DNA of 59,130 nucleotides, the filler included, from Acidimicrobiia bacterium (GTDB lineage Bacteria; Actinomycetota; Acidimicrobiia; Spongiisociales; JAHEDJ01), in the NCBI GenBank assembly GCA_029210695.1. It is 5 parts of 5 records of this genome, joined end to end, with 100 filler letters (N's around TTAATTAATTAA, not from the genome) between each part and the next. Parts side by side here need not be neighbours in the genome. Positions count along the whole stretch, not along the records: positions 48,013 to 59,130 come from JARGFH010000087.1; 4 more parts are not named here. The stretch is one strand, 5' to 3'. This document shows, one piece after another, positions 56,428 to 59,130 of the stretch. Position numbers and translations under genes: made by a program. The notes beneath the pieces were generated by a model. It did not search any database, was not told the origin of the DNA, and saw nothing but the letters and a program-made list of their open reading frames with translations. Every line of letters begins with the position of its first letter. The stretch's first letter is position 1.

Positions 56428-58644
56428 ATGAGAGCTGACACACTCGACCTCACCAGACTATTCGTCCAGAACATCCAGTATGTTGTCCCGGTCTTCCAGC
56501 GTCCGTATGTATGGACCGAGGAGGAGCACTGGGAGCCGCTGTGGAGGGATATCCAAGCCGTGGTGCGAGACGGAGCGGACGGTGGCGGAGAGGAGCACCC
56601 CCACTTCCTTGGCGCCATCGTGCTTGATCAGCAGCCAACCTCGGTAGGGGCTGTGGATGAGCGGCAGGTCGTCGACGGCCAACAACGACTTGTCACGCTT
56701 CAGCTTCTTCTTGCGGCGGTTCGCGATGTCTCAAAGGAGACGGGCGAGGAGAGGTTGCAGGGCCGACTCAGCCAGTTGGTCGCCAACAGCGAGTACGTCA
56801 TTTCGAACGCTGAGGATACACTCAAGGTTCTACCAACGAGGTCTGACCGGACCGGATTCCAGGCTGCGCTCGCCGATGCGGGAGTCTCGAGCATCGATTC
56901 CAAACTGTTGGACGCCTATTGGTACTTCCGCAGCGCCATCCGAGCCTGGCTGGAGAGCACAGATCGAAACGGTACAGATCTCCTCGGGGACCTCGTCAAT
57001 GTCCTCGCTCGTGGGCTCAGGGTCGTGGTAATCGATCTGGATGACCGGGACAACGCCCAGGTCATCTTCGAGACGCTCAACGCGCGAGGCACCCCCCTCG
57101 AGGCGGCTGACCTGATCAAGAACGATCTGCTCAACCGGGCCAAGCAGTCCGGCCACGATGTTGAGGACCTGCACGACCGCCACTGGGCCCGCTTCGTCGA
57201 CGACCGGTGGAGAGAGGAGATCAGCCAAGGGCGCCTGTTGCGGTCCCGTATTGATGCCTTCATGGGTTACTACCTCACGATGCAGGCCGAGCGAGAGGTC
57301 CGCAGCTCGCAGCTATTCAGTCGGTTCCGGACCTGGCTGGACGACTCAGCCCAAGACATCCGGGCTGTGCTCGCCAGCATCGACCGCTACGGCGAAGTCT
57401 TCGAGCGCATCGAGACATTGGAGGGAGACAGCCTCGATGGCGCCTTCATGAGCCGTCTGAACACGCTCGAGTTGACGACTGCCTACCCGTTGCTGTTGTG
57501 GCTCTTCGGAGTGCCTGAGGACGCCCTGACACCCGCCGACCGCCACACGATCTTGCGCGACCTCGAGTCGTTCCTGATCCGAAGGCTCTTGTGCAAGCTG
57601 ACCACACGCAACTACAACCGCCTCTTCCTGACGCTTCTCAACGGCGTCAAGGAAAACCCAAGCGCGGCCACGGCGACGATACGGGCACGACTACTCGCCG
57701 CCACGGGTGACGCGGTCCGCTGGCCTACCGACGACGACGTCCGCTCCGCTGTCGCAGGTGGACGGATGTACGGATCACTACGCCAGGATCGTATCGAGCT
57801 TGTCCTCAAAGAGCTCAACCATCAGGCATTGAGAGATTCGCTGTCCGAGCCGATCAAGGTTCAGGGGAAGCTCACGATCGAACACCTGATGCCGCAGAGC
57901 TGGCAGCAGCATTGGCCACTACCCAATAATCCAGACGCCGAAAGCCGACGCGAGCTACTGATCAACACACTCGGCAACCTGACCCTCGCGACACAGAAGC
58001 TGAACAGCAGCATCTCCAATGGTCCATGGGGCGAGAAACGCAAGGCGATCCTGCAACACAGTGCCCTGAGCCTCAACCGTCAGCTCCCCGAAGCATGGAG
58101 TGACGACGCTATTGAGGAGCGTGGGATGGTCCTGGCGAACGCGATCGTGGCAACCTGGCCGCGTCCAGGGCTCACAGTTGAATCGCCCGGGAACAACACT
58201 GACGCGCTCGACAGGCTTGGAGAAGCCGAAATGAGCCCGGACCCCTCCACTGAGAGGGAGTCGGCGATCGCCGATGAGTTCATTCGTCGACGCGGGGCGG
58301 GCAACACCACGCTTCGGTTGGTCGAGGACTTCACTCGGCGGACTCGGGCCTTCGGCAACGTTGAAGCCCTACCGGGTCGCAGTAGCAGTTCCGAGGATGG
58401 GTTCGGCCCGTACTTGATGCTGCGGCACCGTAACCACCGGTATGGAGCGTTCGCCTACGTCACACCCTCAAACGGGAGCGTCGCGTTGCGCTTGCTGAGG
58501 TCCAGCGCGGATGGGCGTAGCCACGCTGAGCCCGGCGCCGCCAAGGACGCGTACCAGGTTCGCATTCGCCTCAACACCGATGCGGCTCTCGAGGAAGCCG
58601 TCGAGCTTGCCCGGGAAGCCTATGGCTTAGTGAGTTCACCGTGA
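56428..58644 (+). CDS. GmrSD-like DUF262-DUF1524 (HNH) restriction endonuclease with extra C-terminal domain
   Basis: VPVFQRPYVW, VDGQQRL, IFETLNARG, TIEHLMPQ, LGNLT....N...SN, followed by ~150 additional residues. Confidence 0.9.
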   Translation: MRADTLDLTRLFVQNIQYVVPVFQRPYVWTEEEHWEPLWRDIQAVVRDGADGGGEEHPHFLGAIVLDQQPTSVGAVDERQVVDGQQRLVTLQLLLAAVRDVSKETGEERLQGRLSQLVANSEYVISNAEDTLKVLPTRSDRTGFQAALADAGVSSIDSKLLDAYWYFRSAIRAWLESTDRNGTDLLGDLVNVLARGLRVVVIDLDDRDNAQVIFETLNARGTPLEAADLIKNDLLNRAKQSGHDVEDLHDRHWARFVDDRWREEISQGRLLRSRIDAFMGYYLTMQAEREVRSSQLFSRFRTWLDDSAQDIRAVLASIDRYGEVFERIETLEGDSLDGAFMSRLNTLELTTAYPLLLWLFGVPEDALTPADRHTILRDLESFLIRRLLCKLTTRNYNRLFLTLLNGVKENPSAATATIRARLLAATGDAVRWPTDDDVRSAVAGGRMYGSLRQDRIELVLKELNHQALRDSLSEPIKVQGKLTIEHLMPQSWQQHWPLPNNPDAESRRELLINTLGNLTLATQKLNSSISNGPWGEKRKAILQHSALSLNRQLPEAWSDDAIEERGMVLANAIVATWPRPGLTVESPGNNTDALDRLGEAEMSPDPSTERESAIADEFIRRRGAGNTTLRLVEDFTRRTRAFGNVEALPGRSSSSEDGFGPYLMLRHRNHRYGAFAYVTPSNGSVALRLLRSSADGRSHAEPGAAKDAYQVRIRLNTDAALEEAVELAREAYGLVSSP

Positions 58645-58771
58645 AGGCGAGAGTTGGGGTTCTCTGATCATCGGTGAGATCCCCGTGCGAGCTTCTTCTA
58701 CTAGCGGGGCCGGTAAGCGGTCGTGGGGGAACTTGGGGTGTGAGTAGTAACGGAACAGAAAACCGGGCTAA

Positions 58772-59130
58772 GGGGCTCAGCGGATAGGGACTGATTCGGG
58801 GCTCCATCTATCGCGGTAGTCGATGAGTCGTGCGGTGATGAGGATGGTGGCCACGAGACAGAGTTGGGCGTGTCGGTGTCGGGTCCGTCGATCGGTGTTT
58901 CGGCGTAGCTGCCCGTAGTTCGATAGCCAGCTGTTGGTGGCTTCAACGATCCATCTCAGTCCGAGCGTGAGGGGCGGTTTCTTCCCGTCGACCTTCGCCT
59001 GGTTCCGGCGTTGAATGACCACGTCATCGAGTCCGAGCTCGGCCAGTTGACGGCGGATCTTGGGATAGTCGTATCCGCGATCAAGATGCAATGTCTCGAT
59101 GTCAGAGAGCAGCCCGGCCCGAGCGACATC
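58772..59130 (-). mobile_element. IS5-family element, right end and transposase C-terminus (partial)
   Basis: Terminus GGGGCTCAGCGGATAGG next to a TAA target. Contains the partial transposase. Confidence 0.85.
58777..59130 (-). CDS. IS5-family transposase (C-terminal part; truncated by contig end)
   Basis: LHLDRGYD and RWIVEATNSWL DDE motifs. The frame is open to the window end. Confidence 0.88.
   Translation of the reverse strand, partial: DVARAGLLSDIETLHLDRGYDYPKIRRQLAELGLDDVVIQRRNQAKVDGKKPPLTLGLRWIVEATNSWLSNYGQLRRNTDRRTRHRHAQLCLVATILITARLIDYRDRWSPESVPIR

Noticed and set aside
56428..58644. SspE of a phosphorothioation system
   Set aside because: The domain pair is the same, but no sspABCD or dnd genes are on the contig. 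A stand-alone GmrSD-like enzyme is the simpler reading.
58700..58771. Possible att site or nested element end before IS5
   Set aside because: No partner repeat exists in the window, and I cannot assign the sequence to a family.

Overview
This is a high-GC actinobacterial sequence (gene content suggests Acidimicrobiia; inferred). It is not one continuous locus. It is five contigs (1-12593, 12694-24805, 24906-36653, 36754-47912, 48013-59130) joined by artificial N-TTAATTAATTAA-N linkers and ordered by decreasing length, so adjacency across linkers carries no information. Almost every contig end is a ~70-90 bp IS terminus (IS630, IS1380, IS110, IS5/IS1182-like, IS21, IS5), implying an IS-rich genome. 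Contig 1: a GntR-regulated divergon with two non-canonical carbamoyltransferases, carbamate kinase and two fold-type II PLP enzymes (candidate undescribed ureido/purine catabolic module), plus a Ugp-like ABC importer and a DUF885 gene. Contig 2: queA-tgt-yajC-secD-secF-apt-rel and three type IV minor-pilin-like genes. Contig 3: ClC-CBS-TrkA_C, nitrobindin, OsmC, gdhA, tyrosine phenol-lyase, a triple-GAF histidine kinase and NYN-LOTUS. Contig 4: gltX, FAH, PaaI, ilvE, S9 peptidase, pgpA, serA, Usp, thioesterase and FMN reductase. Contig 5: a mobilisable island with MobF relaxase, an Mre11/Rad50-like YhaO-YhaN pair, a GmrSD-like DUF262-DUF1524 nuclease and IS5. Dispersed 7-nt-period intergenic repeats recur at gene 3' ends and at several IS junctions. 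No rRNA, tRNA or CRISPR array was seen. All family assignments are from motif recognition, not database searches.
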